This document shows positions 19,688 to 28,537 of a stretch of 64,000 bases of DNA, piece after piece (position 1 is the stretch's first letter; each line of letters opens with the position of its first letter). The notes beneath the pieces were generated by a model. That model was not told the DNA's origin. It ran no database searches and was given only the letters and a program-made list of their open reading frames with translations. Source of the DNA: an uncultured Chloroflexia bacterium (GTDB lineage: Bacteria > Chloroflexota > Limnocylindria > Limnocylindrales > CSP1-4); assembly GCA_963834915.1 (NCBI GenBank), contig CAWIDI010000006.1, positions 84,444 to 148,443 on the forward strand, read 5' to 3'. The position numbers were made by a program, and so were the translations under genes.

Positions 19688-20493
19688 CGAACGAGCGCGC
19701 TGCCGAGCTGGTGCTCGGTCCGTTCCGCCAGCGGGTGCGCCCGCTCATCGCGTGGGGCATCGGGATCGCCAGTCTCGTGGCCGCGACCGTGGCGTTCTGG
19801 CCCGCGTTCAAGGGCTCCTCGGGGATCAGCGAGGCGATCGACCAGCTGCCGGCCGGCATCGTCGACGCCCTCGGCTTCCAGGACTTCGGCACGCCGGCCG
19901 GCTTCCTGCGCGGCAACCTCTATGAGTTCGTCGTGCCACTGCTCCTGTCGGTCGCGGGCGTGGCGATGGCGAACGGCCTGACAGCCGGTGAGGAGGACTC
20001 GGGCCGGATGGAGACCATCCTGAGCCAGCCCGTCATGCGTCGGTCCGTGCTGGTCGGGCGAGCGGCTGCGCTGACCATCTGGCTCGCCGTGATGACCGCC
20101 CTGATCCTCGCCGTGCAGCTGCTGAGCGATGCCCTCTTCGGCCTCGCGATCGACGACGCGAGGGTGCTGGCGACCGTGACCCTGTGTGGTGTCCTCGCCC
20201 TGTTCTATGGTGGCCTCGCCCTTGCCGTCGCCGGCTGGTGGCCCCGGCCCTCAGCGGTCCTGTCGGTGTCGATCGCGGCCACGGTAGGCGGCTACCTGGT
20301 CAGCGCCCTCCTGCCGCTGAGCGACACGCTCGAGCCGTTGAGCAACCTGTCGCCTTGGACGTGGGCGCTCGGCGGCGACCCACTCGTCAACCCGACGGAG
20401 CCCTGGCGCTATCTCGCGCTGCTGCTGTCCGCTGCGGTGTTCGTCGTCCTCGCGGTCATCGGCTTCGTTCGTCGCGACGTCCGCGCCGCCTGA
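19684..20493 (+). CDS. ABC-2 type transporter permease
   Basis: The ATG overlaps the ATPase stop (ATGA). 269 aa with about 6 TM helices (MTNERAAELVLGPFRQRVRPLIAWGIGIASL..). Confidence 0.75.
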   Translation: MTNERAAELVLGPFRQRVRPLIAWGIGIASLVAATVAFWPAFKGSSGISEAIDQLPAGIVDALGFQDFGTPAGFLRGNLYEFVVPLLLSVAGVAMANGLTAGEEDSGRMETILSQPVMRRSVLVGRAAALTIWLAVMTALILAVQLLSDALFGLAIDDARVLATVTLCGVLALFYGGLALAVAGWWPRPSAVLSVSIAATVGGYLVSALLPLSDTLEPLSNLSPWTWALGGDPLVNPTEPWRYLALLLSAAVFVVLAVIGFVRRDVRAA

Positions 20494-20505
20494 AACCGGG
20501 GCGGG

Positions 20506-21925
20506 TCAGAACGACGACGTCTCGGCCTCGACCAGCGCGCACGCCCCGCCGATGACGGTCCACGCGATGGACCCTCCGCCGTCGCCTTCGGGCAGTCGGA
20601 CCGTCGCCGTCACTCGGCCATCCACGACGGCCTCGAGGACGGAGCCGTCGATGATGAGCCTGAGCCGCACGCCGGCCGTCGGCCGTCTCGGGCAGGATCG
20701 CCGTCCCGTGCGGGTCTCGTCCGGCGACCGAGATCCGGCCCATCCTCGACACGGTGAGCCGTCGGGCGGGCGGGTCGTACCGGACCTCGGCGACGACGTC
20801 GGTGGGGCCGGCGATATCGAGGCGGATCGACGCGGCGCCGTCCGGCACCAGCGTGACCCGGTACTCGAGATGCGGATCGTCGAACCGATGGACCCAGCGA
20901 TCGCCGTCGCCCATGATCACATCGGGGAGCTCGGTGCAGGGGCCGACCCGGTCGACCTCCGGCGCCAGCGCGATCACGGGCAGCCCCCGCTGATCGACGG
21001 AGACGACCCTCGGGAGGGTGAGCGAGCCGGCCCAGGTCCTCGACGACGTTTCCGCCGGTGGATCCTCGGGGATCCAGCCGAAGAGCAGCCAGCGCCCGTC
21101 CGGTGTCCTGATCGTGGATGGTGCATAGAAATCCGGTCCCATGCCCAGTCGCTCCGCGTGCTCGACCAGGAAGAGATCACCGGCCACGTGACCGACGAAT
21201 GCCATGACGTGGGCGGGGCGGACCTTCGGCGAGCGATCGACGACCGACACGATGAGAAGGTCCACATCGTCGAGCCGCACCAACTGGGGGCATTCCCAGC
21301 ACGGGCTGTCGACATCGTCGACGACGAGCGCGGGGTCCGCCATGACGGCCGCCTCGGTCGTGAGGAATGGCCCGGTGTAGCGCCACGCGACGAGATCGTC
21401 GGAGCGGTACAGGAGGATCGTGCCGCGGGCACCGACCGTCCCGGCACCGACGAGCATGGCCCAGCTCTCCGTGTCGCGCCACACGAAGGGATCGCGGAAG
21501 GCGTTCGGCCCGATCCCTGGCGGTGGCCCCGCGATGACGGGGCCTTCCGGCCGCTTCTTCCAGGTGGTCAGCTCACTGTCGCTGGTCGCGACACAGATGG
21601 ACGGCTCGAGTCGGGGCGGGGCGCCGGTGATCCCCGAATAGAAGGCCGTCGGGACACCCGCGTCGTCGCTGACCAGCGAACCAGACCAGCATCCCAGGCG
21701 GTCAGGCCCCTCGTCGCTGGGCTCGAGGGCGATCGGGCGGGGCTCCCAGACGAGCAGGTCGTCGCTGACGGCATGTCCCCAGCGCATGTGCCCCCACCGC
21801 GGCCCGTCGGTCTCCGCCTGGTAGAAGACATGCAACCGCCCGTTCCGGTCGTAGGCCATCCCGTTCGGATCGTTCATCCAGCCGGACCGCGGCGTGAGAT
21901 GGATCCGCGGTCGCCGGTCGGTCAT
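20506..21925 (-). pseudogene. Glycoside hydrolase family 32 (beta-fructofuranosidase/invertase), frame broken once near the 3' end
   Basis: WMNDPNG, FRDPFVW and WECPQL catalytic motifs. After ..ILPETADG (~20672) the beta-sandwich end VRLRLIIDGSVLEAVVDGRVTATVRLPEGDGGGSIAWTVIGGACALVEAETSSF* is in another frame, with its stop at 20506-20508. Confidence 0.9.
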
Positions 21926-22068
21926 CGTGTGCCTCCGAGGGCGCTGGTCAGTCGATGCAACGGATCGACCTGCCGTGACAAATCATTGCCAGTAGGCTAG
22001 CATCTTGCGTGACGGCCATGCGTCGGCGTCCGAGATCTCGTCATCGACGCCGATGGAAGGGAGTGACG

Positions 22069-23433
22069 ATGACGAGACGACCCGCCGAACGCCTCATGAT
22101 GATCTCGCTGCACGGGTACGTGTCAGCGCACGCGGAGCTCGGACTGCCCGACACCGGCGGCCAGGTGGTCTACGTCCTCGAGCTTGCCGCGAGCCTGGCC
22201 CGACTCGGCCGCAAGGTCGACATCTTCACCCGCCGGTTCGAGGGTCAGGATGAGATCGAGGACGTCGCGCCGGACGTCCGCATCATCCGGATCCGGGCAG
22301 GCGGCGACGGACTCATCCGCAAGGAGCAGATGTTCACGGTCGTGCCCGAGTGGGTCGCGGGCGTCGAGCGCTTCGTCCGCCATCGTCGCCTCGCCTACGC
22401 GATGATCGATAGCCACTACTGGGACGCGGGCCTGGCGGGGATGCTGCTGTCCGCGAGACTCGGCTCCCCGCATATCCACACCCCGCACTCGATCGGGGCG
22501 TGGAAGCGGGACAACCTGGAGGGCGACGACGCGGCGCTCGAGCGCCAATACAACTTCTCCCGGCGCATCCAGGACGAAGCCGCGATCTATGCCGCGGCCG
22601 ATGCCATCGTGGCGACGACGCCGCAGCAGCACCGACTGCTCGTCGATCCGCCATACGATGTCGAGCCGCACAAGGTGGCGGTCGTCCCGCCGGGCTACGA
22701 CGACTCGCGCTTCTTCCCGGTCTCGTCGGCGACGCGGAAGGCGATCAAGCGTGGAATGGGCGTCGAGGGGCCATTGATCCTGGCGCTCGGCCGGGTCGCG
22801 CACAACAAGGGCTACGACCTGCTCCTGCGTGCCATGCCGATCGTCGCCGAACGGATCCCCGACGTGCGACTGCGATTGGCGGTCGGATCCACGGAACCGA
22901 CCGATGGCGAGATCAGACAGGTGGCGGACCTGCACCGGCTTGCCGCCGAGCTCGGGATCGCCGACCGCGTCGTCTTCGCGGATCACATCCCGAACGATGC
23001 GCTCGCCGACACGTATCGTGCCGCCGATGTGTTCGTCCTGAGCAGCCGCTACGAGCCGTTCGGCATGACCGCCGTCGAGGCGATGGCGTGTGGCACGCCC
23101 ACCGTCGTCACGACCGAGGGCGGCCTGTGGGAGATGGTGACCTGGGGGACCGAGGCGCTGTATGCGACACCGCTCGACTCGAACGAGCTGGGTCTGGCGA
23201 TCGCCACGATCCTTCGCTACCCGGGTGTCGCCCACCAGCTCGCCGAGGGCGGGGCCGCGCGGGCGCGCTCCGCATTCACCTGGAACGGGATCGCCCAGCG
23301 CATCACCGGGCTGCTGGAGGAGGTCGAGATCGCGAGGGCGTCCGGCGGCCACGTCGCACGCACGACGCCGGCTGCGCACGAGCACACGGGAGGCCACACA
23401 GAGCTTCGATGGGCGGCCGCCGCGTCCTCGTGA
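22069..23433 (+). CDS. sps: Sucrose-phosphate synthase (GT4 glycosyltransferase domain only)
   Basis: ATG 22069 after GGAAGGGAG. MMISLHGYVSAHAELGLPDTGGQVVYVLELA.., EPFGMTAVEAMACGTP. Followed directly by a sucrose-phosphatase-like HAD gene. Confidence 0.8.
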   Translation: MTRRPAERLMMISLHGYVSAHAELGLPDTGGQVVYVLELAASLARLGRKVDIFTRRFEGQDEIEDVAPDVRIIRIRAGGDGLIRKEQMFTVVPEWVAGVERFVRHRRLAYAMIDSHYWDAGLAGMLLSARLGSPHIHTPHSIGAWKRDNLEGDDAALERQYNFSRRIQDEAAIYAAADAIVATTPQQHRLLVDPPYDVEPHKVAVVPPGYDDSRFFPVSSATRKAIKRGMGVEGPLILALGRVAHNKGYDLLLRAMPIVAERIPDVRLRLAVGSTEPTDGEIRQVADLHRLAAELGIADRVVFADHIPNDALADTYRAADVFVLSSRYEPFGMTAVEAMACGTPTVVTTEGGLWEMVTWGTEALYATPLDSNELGLAIATILRYPGVAHQLAEGGAARARSAFTWNGIAQRITGLLEEVEIARASGGHVARTTPAAHEHTGGHTELRWAAAASS

Positions 23434-24170
23434 CCGACCTGGACGGCACCGTCCTCGGGGACGACGCCGCACTGGGTCGGTTCCGCGAGTGGGCCGCGGG
23501 AAACCGTGCGGATCATCGCCTTATCTACGCGTCCGGCCGGCACGTCGCATCGATCTTGGGGGTCGTGCGCGAGGAGACGTTGCCGTTGCCGGACGCGGTC
23601 ATCTCGTCCGTGGGCACCGAGATCCACGACGCAGAGGGGCGACCATGGCCCGGCTGGCTGGAGCGGTTCGCCGGCTGGCATGCGGAGCGGGTCAGGGAGC
23701 TCCTGCGTCCATTCCGGTGGCTCGACCCGCAGCCGGAGGAACACCAGACGTGGTTGAAGGCGAGCTACGTCGCCCGCGGGCTCGGCCAGCAGGACCTGGC
23801 GCTCATCCGCCAGACCCTGGTCGACGCCGGACTCGTCCCGGCCATCGTCTACAGCAGTGGCGTGGATCTTGACATCCTGCCCGGCGCGGCCGGCAAGGGT
23901 CGCGCCGCCAGGTTCCTGACCGATGGCTGGGGCGTCTCGCCGCGAGACGTGCTGGCGTTCGGGGATTCCGGTAACGACGCCGAGCTCCTCGGCGTGGGGT
24001 ACCGCGGCACGATGGTCGGCAATGCCCTGCCCGAGCTGGACCGGCTGGTCGCGGCGGACGTCTACCGCTCACCGGCGGCGTTCGCCGACGGGATCCTCGA
24101 CGGCATCCGCTACTGGTCGGGAGCTGCTGCGCTCGCCGCGGCCGCGGCCCCGACCGCACACCACCGCTGA
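23409..24170 (+). CDS. spp: Sucrose-phosphate phosphatase-like HAD-IIB hydrolase
   Basis: LVTDLDGT (motif I), GKGRAARFL, FGDSGND (motif IV). Overlaps the sps 3' end by 25 nt. Confidence 0.75.
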   Translation: MGGRRVLVTDLDGTVLGDDAALGRFREWAAGNRADHRLIYASGRHVASILGVVREETLPLPDAVISSVGTEIHDAEGRPWPGWLERFAGWHAERVRELLRPFRWLDPQPEEHQTWLKASYVARGLGQQDLALIRQTLVDAGLVPAIVYSSGVDLDILPGAAGKGRAARFLTDGWGVSPRDVLAFGDSGNDAELLGVGYRGTMVGNALPELDRLVAADVYRSPAAFADGILDGIRYWSGAAALAAAAAPTAHHR

Positions 24171-24174
24171 GCGC

Positions 24175-26214
24175 ATGACCTTCCCGTCGCTCGGCCGGCT
24201 GCGCCGTCGCGTCCGGACCACCGCCTACCTGCGCAAGTGGGTGGTCCTCGGGGCCGTCATCGGTGTCATCGCGGGGCTCGGGGCCGCGGCGTTCTTCATC
24301 GCCCTCGAGGCATCGACTCGCTTCTTCCTCGGCGTCCTCGCCGCCTTCCAGCCGCCGTCTCCGGCCGGCGAGGGCGGCGCGCCCATCACCGAGATCGCCA
24401 ACGCGTGGGCGATCCCGCTCGTCGTCGGCCTCGGCGGCCTCCTCTCCGGGATCATCGTCTTCCGCCTCGCGCCAGAGGCGGAGGGGCATGGGACCGACGC
24501 GGCGATCGCGGCGTTCCACCATGGGCCGCGGAGTGTCCGCGCCCGGATCCCCGTCGTGAAGCTGGTCGCCTCGGCCATCACCATCGGATCCGGCGGATCG
24601 GGTGGGCGTGAGGGACCGACGGCGCAGATCGGCGCGGGCTTCGGGTCCTACCTGGCGAGGGTCCTCGACCTGGATGCCCGCGATGCACGCATCGCGGTCG
24701 CCGCCGGGATGGCTGCCGGGATCGGCGCCATCTTCCGCGCCCCGCTCGGCGGGGCGGTCCTCGGGGCGGAGATCCCCTATCGCGAGGACGTGGAGTCGGA
24801 CGCGCTCGTCCCGTCGTTCGTGGCATCGGTGGTCGCGTTCTCGGTCTTCGGCGCGATCATCGCCTTTTCGCCGATCTTCGGCCGTGTGGTCGGCGCCGGA
24901 TTCGAGGACCCGCGGCAGCTCTTCTACTACGCCCTGATCGGGATCGTGGCGGGGGCGGTCGGCCGGCTGTACATCCACTCGTTCTACGGGATCACCGACC
25001 GCTTCCACCACCTGTCGCTGCCACGCGAGATCAAGCCCGCGATCGGTGGCTTCCTGGTGGGCTGCATCGCCATCGCCATCCCCGGCGTGCTGGGAACCGG
25101 CTATGGCTGGGTCCAGGCGGGCCTCGACCGGCAGTCGCTGTTGGCGATCCCGCTGTGGATGATCGTCGCGCTGCCGTTCGCGAAGATCCTGGCGACCTCG
25201 CTCTCGATCGGTTCCGGTGGATCCGGCGGCATCTTCGGTCCGGGCATGGTGGTGGGCGGCCTGCTCGGCGCGGGTGTCTGGCGCGTGCTCGAGCCGATCG
25301 CGCCGGCGGTGCCGCTGGACCCCGCGCCGTTCGTGATCGTGGGGATGATGGCGCTCTTCGGGAGCGTGGCCCACGCGCCCCTGGCCGTCATGCTGATGGT
25401 CGCCGAGATGACCGACAACCTCGCGATGCTGGCGCCGGCGATGATCGCGGTCGGACTGGCGACCCTGATCGTCGGCGACCGGACGATCTACCGCAGCCAG
25501 CTGAAGAGCCGTGCCGAGTCGCCGGCACACCGCTTCCGGTCCGCGATGCCATTGATGTCATCGATCGTCGCCGGCGACGCCGCGCGGATGGCGACGCTCG
25601 TCCTGCGCGACGGAGCAACGGTCGCGGACGCCCGAGTGCGACTCGCAAGCAGCGATGTCCCGGGTGCGCCCGTCGTCGATCGCGACGGGACCTACCGGGG
25701 GACCGTGAGCGTCGACCTCCTCGATGCCGCCGCTGATGACGCGATGCTTCGGGACGTGGCGCAGCCCGGGCCGACCGTGTCGGCCGATGACGGGCTCGAC
25801 GACGCGCTCGGGACGATGGTCGACCGGCATGCCGATTGGGCTCCGGTGCTGGCGGCGGGACGCCTCGTCGGCATCATCTCGGTCCGGGACGTGATGCGCG
25901 CCTACCGGAACGCGCTCGCCGGCAACGTACGCCAGGTGCGCGGGCTTGGCGGGGGCGGGATCCTGCTCGAGGCGGACCTCACGAGCGAATCGCCCATCGT
26001 CGGGCACCCGGTGGCCGACACCCGCTGGCCCACCGACGTCGTCCTGGTCGCGATCGACCGGAAGGGCGCCCTGATCGTCCCGAGCGGCAGCGTCGTGCTC
26101 GAGGCGGGCGACCACGTCTCGATGTTCACGGCGCCCGCATCCGAGGGCGAGGCGCGGGCACTGCTCGGAGAGCGACCTGGCGGGCCGCTCGGCGCGGCCG
26201 TCGCGGAAGGTTGA
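24175..26214 (+). CDS. ClC chloride channel/transporter with C-terminal CBS pair and TrkA-C domain
   Basis: From ATG 24175 of track ORF 23923..26214: GSGGREGP, GGIFGPG, then the CBS pair (..PVVDRDGTYRGTVSV.., ..LVGIISVRDVMRAY) and a TrkA-C-like end. Confidence 0.9.
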   Translation: MTFPSLGRLRRRVRTTAYLRKWVVLGAVIGVIAGLGAAAFFIALEASTRFFLGVLAAFQPPSPAGEGGAPITEIANAWAIPLVVGLGGLLSGIIVFRLAPEAEGHGTDAAIAAFHHGPRSVRARIPVVKLVASAITIGSGGSGGREGPTAQIGAGFGSYLARVLDLDARDARIAVAAGMAAGIGAIFRAPLGGAVLGAEIPYREDVESDALVPSFVASVVAFSVFGAIIAFSPIFGRVVGAGFEDPRQLFYYALIGIVAGAVGRLYIHSFYGITDRFHHLSLPREIKPAIGGFLVGCIAIAIPGVLGTGYGWVQAGLDRQSLLAIPLWMIVALPFAKILATSLSIGSGGSGGIFGPGMVVGGLLGAGVWRVLEPIAPAVPLDPAPFVIVGMMALFGSVAHAPLAVMLMVAEMTDNLAMLAPAMIAVGLATLIVGDRTIYRSQLKSRAESPAHRFRSAMPLMSSIVAGDAARMATLVLRDGATVADARVRLASSDVPGAPVVDRDGTYRGTVSVDLLDAAADDAMLRDVAQPGPTVSADDGLDDALGTMVDRHADWAPVLAAGRLVGIISVRDVMRAYRNALAGNVRQVRGLGGGGILLEADLTSESPIVGHPVADTRWPTDVVLVAIDRKGALIVPSGSVVLEAGDHVSMFTAPASEGEARALLGERPGGPLGAAVAEG

Positions 26215-26224
26215 CCCGCGCTCG

Positions 26225-26575
26225 TCAGGTGACGCTCGCGCCCTCCGTCCGGCCTGTGTCCTCCGCCCCGTCGGTCGCGGACCGCGGCAGCGTCCCGAGC
26301 CGGGGTCGCCGCCGGCGCACCACGAGGCACGGCCGCTCGCCGGTCCGCTCGATGTCGATGGTCCCGGCCTCGAAGAGGTCCGCGGCGCTCGGCGCGACGA
26401 GGACCGCGATGGGTCCCGGGTCCACGAGCCGGTCGCCGGGCAGCGGCCCGTCCGCGAACGAGAGGGCCAGGCGGCTGGAACGACGAGCAAATCGGGGCAT
26501 GGCGTCCCGATCGAGGCCACGCTCGTTCCGGACGAGTCGCAGGTGGTCGGCGGCCTGCGGGGTGATGTGCAGCAT
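26225..26575 (-). CDS. HesB/IscA-like protein lacking the C-terminal Cys motif (tentative)
   Basis: MLHITPQAADHLRLV..RLALSFADGPLPGDRLVDPGPIAVLVAPSAADLFEAGTIDIE follows the IscA-fold pattern. The tail is Arg-rich. Confidence 0.45.
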   Translation of the reverse strand: MLHITPQAADHLRLVRNERGLDRDAMPRFARRSSRLALSFADGPLPGDRLVDPGPIAVLVAPSAADLFEAGTIDIERTGERPCLVVRRRRPRLGTLPRSATDGAEDTGRTEGASVT

Positions 26576-26718
26576 CGTCAGCCTCCGAACGGCGGCGCCG
26601 CGACGGTCGTGAGGGAGCGGCGTCTGCCCACGATATCATAGCCTCCTGGCAACTGTATCTGCAGGGACCGCGGTGTCGGCCTAGACTTCCCGGGACATCC
26701 AGTGGAGCGAGGACGGAC

Positions 26719-27213
26719 GTGACGGAGACGGATCTCGTCGACGCGATCGAAGCCATCGTGATCGCCGGCGTGGCGATGACCAACGCATCCCTGTCAAGGG
26801 CGCGACGCGCACCGGAATTGACGTTCCCGCAGTGGCGCGTGATGGTCGTCCTCGGGCAGCAACCGGACGGTCTTCCGGTCCACGAGATCGCGCGCAGCAT
26901 CGACGTGACACTGCCGGCGACCGGACGCCAACTCCGGCGGCTCGAACAACGGGGCCTGCTCGCGCTCGAGCCCGACCGAGCGGATCGGCGCGTGACCCGC
27001 GCGAGGCTCTCGGACGAGGGCGCTCGGGTTCGCGCCTCGATCATGGCCGACCGACGAGCAGCCATCGCCGCCGCGCTGGAGCGGTCCCCGATGGATCGCC
27101 GCGTGATCGACGGGCTGCAGGCGCTGGCGGTCGCGCTCCGACAGGACGACGGGCAGCCCCGCCGGCGCTTGGTCGTCGAGCGCCCAGCCCAGGCCCATCT
27201 CGAGCCGGGATGA
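26719..27213 (+). CDS. MarR-family transcriptional regulator
   Basis: GTG start. ..LTFPQWRVMVVLGQQPDGLPVHEIARSIDVTLPATGRQLRRLEQRGLLALEPDRADRRVTRARLSDEG. Confidence 0.85.
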   Translation: MTETDLVDAIEAIVIAGVAMTNASLSRARRAPELTFPQWRVMVVLGQQPDGLPVHEIARSIDVTLPATGRQLRRLEQRGLLALEPDRADRRVTRARLSDEGARVRASIMADRRAAIAAALERSPMDRRVIDGLQALAVALRQDDGQPRRRLVVERPAQAHLEPG

Positions 27214-27244
27214 CCCGACCCGCTGGCCAGGGTGCCGCACGTCA

Positions 27245-27703
27245 GTGGTGACCCGGAGCCTCGAGGTCCGTGCCGTCGAGGAGCTGACCGCGGCGATCGA
27301 GCGATTGTCGTTCGGGCTCGTGGCCGTCACCGCCCTCGCGATCGACGGCGCGACCACGCGCCATACCCTCACGTTCCAGCAGTGGCGGGCGCTCGTGGTG
27401 GTCGGTCGAGCCGATGACGGCGTGCGCATCACGCAGCTCGCGACGCGGATCGGGGCCTCCGCGCCATCGACGAGCCGCCTGGTCCGTCGGCTGGCGACCA
27501 AGGGCATGCTCACGGTCGTGCCCGACCCGGCCGACGGACGTGCGATGCGTGTCCGATTGTCGACCGCCGGGGAGGAGCTCCGTTTCAAGGTGATCGAAGG
27601 TCGCCGGGCGCTGATCGCATCGACGCTCTCGGGCGGGATCGCGCCCGGGGTGCCGGCCGATGCGATCGAGACGCTGGCCGACGCGTTCGAGACGTTCGTC
27701 TAG
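27245..27703 (+). CDS. MarR-family transcriptional regulator (tandem paralogue)
   Basis: ..LTFQQWRALVVVGRADDGVRITQLATRIGASAPSTSRLVRRLATKGMLTVVPDPADGRAMRVRLSTAG. Confidence 0.85.
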   Translation: MVTRSLEVRAVEELTAAIERLSFGLVAVTALAIDGATTRHTLTFQQWRALVVVGRADDGVRITQLATRIGASAPSTSRLVRRLATKGMLTVVPDPADGRAMRVRLSTAGEELRFKVIEGRRALIASTLSGGIAPGVPADAIETLADAFETFV

Positions 27704-27711
27704 GGGAGCCG

Positions 27712-28092
27712 TCAGCGCGGCGTCTTGGTCGGCTTGGGCGTCTTCGGGGGCTTCGGCGTCTTGGTCGGCCTGGGCGTCTTCGTGGGCTTCGGCGTCTTGG
27801 TCGCCTTCGGCGTGGCCGTCGGCTTCGGCGTGGCCGTCGCCTTCGGCGTGGCCGTCGGCTTGGGCGTGGCCGTCGGCGACGGGGTCGCCTTCGCCGAGGG
27901 ATCGGCTCCGCCGCCCGCGCTGGTCATCGAATCCCCGGTCGTGGTCAGCGCATCCGTGACGGCGCCGCCCAGGGAGAGACACGCGGCGACGGCCAGGACC
28001 GAGACCAGCGCGAGGACCAGGGCGTATTCCACGAGTCCTTGAGCGGATCCGCTCCGTCCGTGCCGGGATGAATGCCGAAGTACGTGTCGCAT
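27712..28092 (-). CDS. Flp/Fap-type pilin-like protein with long Pro/Thr/Lys repeat tail
   Basis: MRHVLRHSSRHGRSGSAQGLVEYALVLALVSVLAVAACLSLGGAVTDAL matches the Flp prepilin pattern (G-x-x-x-VEYALxxALxxV). It is followed by about 60 aa of TPKPTA/TPKPTK repeats. Alternative start at 28110. Confidence 0.6.
   Translation of the reverse strand: MRHVLRHSSRHGRSGSAQGLVEYALVLALVSVLAVAACLSLGGAVTDALTTTGDSMTSAGGGADPSAKATPSPTATPKPTATPKATATPKPTATPKATKTPKPTKTPRPTKTPKPPKTPKPTKTPR
27715..27894 (-). repeat. In-frame tandem repeat encoding (T/A)PKPT(A/K) units
   Basis: Degenerate 12/18-bp periodicity (ggcgtcttggtcggcttg / ggcgtggccgtcggcttc) over about 180 bp, forming the 3' half of the Flp-like gene. Confidence 0.8.
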
Positions 28093-28257
28093 GACACATA
28101 TCTTGGCCATCGACGAAGGCGTCGCACCCCCTCGATGGTCCTATGCACGGATGGCACCCGCCGGCCAGGTGTCCTGTCATCGAACGGTCACACCAGCGTC
28201 ATCGACCATCCGGCATGGTGGGTGTCGAACGTCGAATCCCGATGAGGAGGCCTGCCG

Positions 28258-28500
28258 ATGCCACGAATCCTTCGCCCCATCGTTCGCCCGGCTGCCGTGG
28301 TGGTCGTCGCCGTCGCCCTTGCCGTCGGCGCCTGCAACGGCCCCGCCAGCAGCGTCGCGCCGACCGACCAGATGATGGAGCACAGCGCCGCCCCGTCCGA
28401 CCAGATGATGGAGCACAGCGCCGAGCCGTCCGACCAGATGATGGAGCACAGCGCCGAGCCGTCCGACCAGATGATGGAGGAAAGCCCGTCGCCGTCGTGA
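28258..28500 (+). CDS. Small lipoprotein with four Met/His-rich repeats
   Basis: Signal peptide plus lipobox (VALAVGAC), then 4 x P(T/S)DQMMEHSA(A/E). The stop lies 37 nt upstream of dipZ. Confidence 0.65.
   Translation: MPRILRPIVRPAAVVVVAVALAVGACNGPASSVAPTDQMMEHSAAPSDQMMEHSAEPSDQMMEHSAEPSDQMMEESPSPS
28357..28485 (+). repeat. Near-perfect 33-bp tandem repeat (about 3.9 copies), coding
   Basis: Unit ccgtccgaccagatgatggagcacagcgccgag is repeated head-to-tail in frame. Confidence 0.9.
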
Positions 28501-28537
28501 TCCCTTCTCTGCGGCGGCGCACGGCGCGGTCGAGACG

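Noticed and set aside
18721-20493. Single 590-aa ABC ATPase-permease fusion
   Set aside because: The linker region is Arg-rich nonsense. The true ATPase C-terminus is in ORF 19499..19687 and its stop overlaps the permease ATG.
23803-25530. 575-aa minus-strand ORF
   Set aside because: Antisense shadow of the ClC channel gene. Arg/Asp/Pro-rich low-complexity sequence.
27715-28485. CRISPR array or non-coding satellite
   Set aside because: The two repeat tracts are contiguous head-to-tail units without spacers. Each lies in frame inside an ORF with a signal or prepilin N-terminus, and no cas genes are present.
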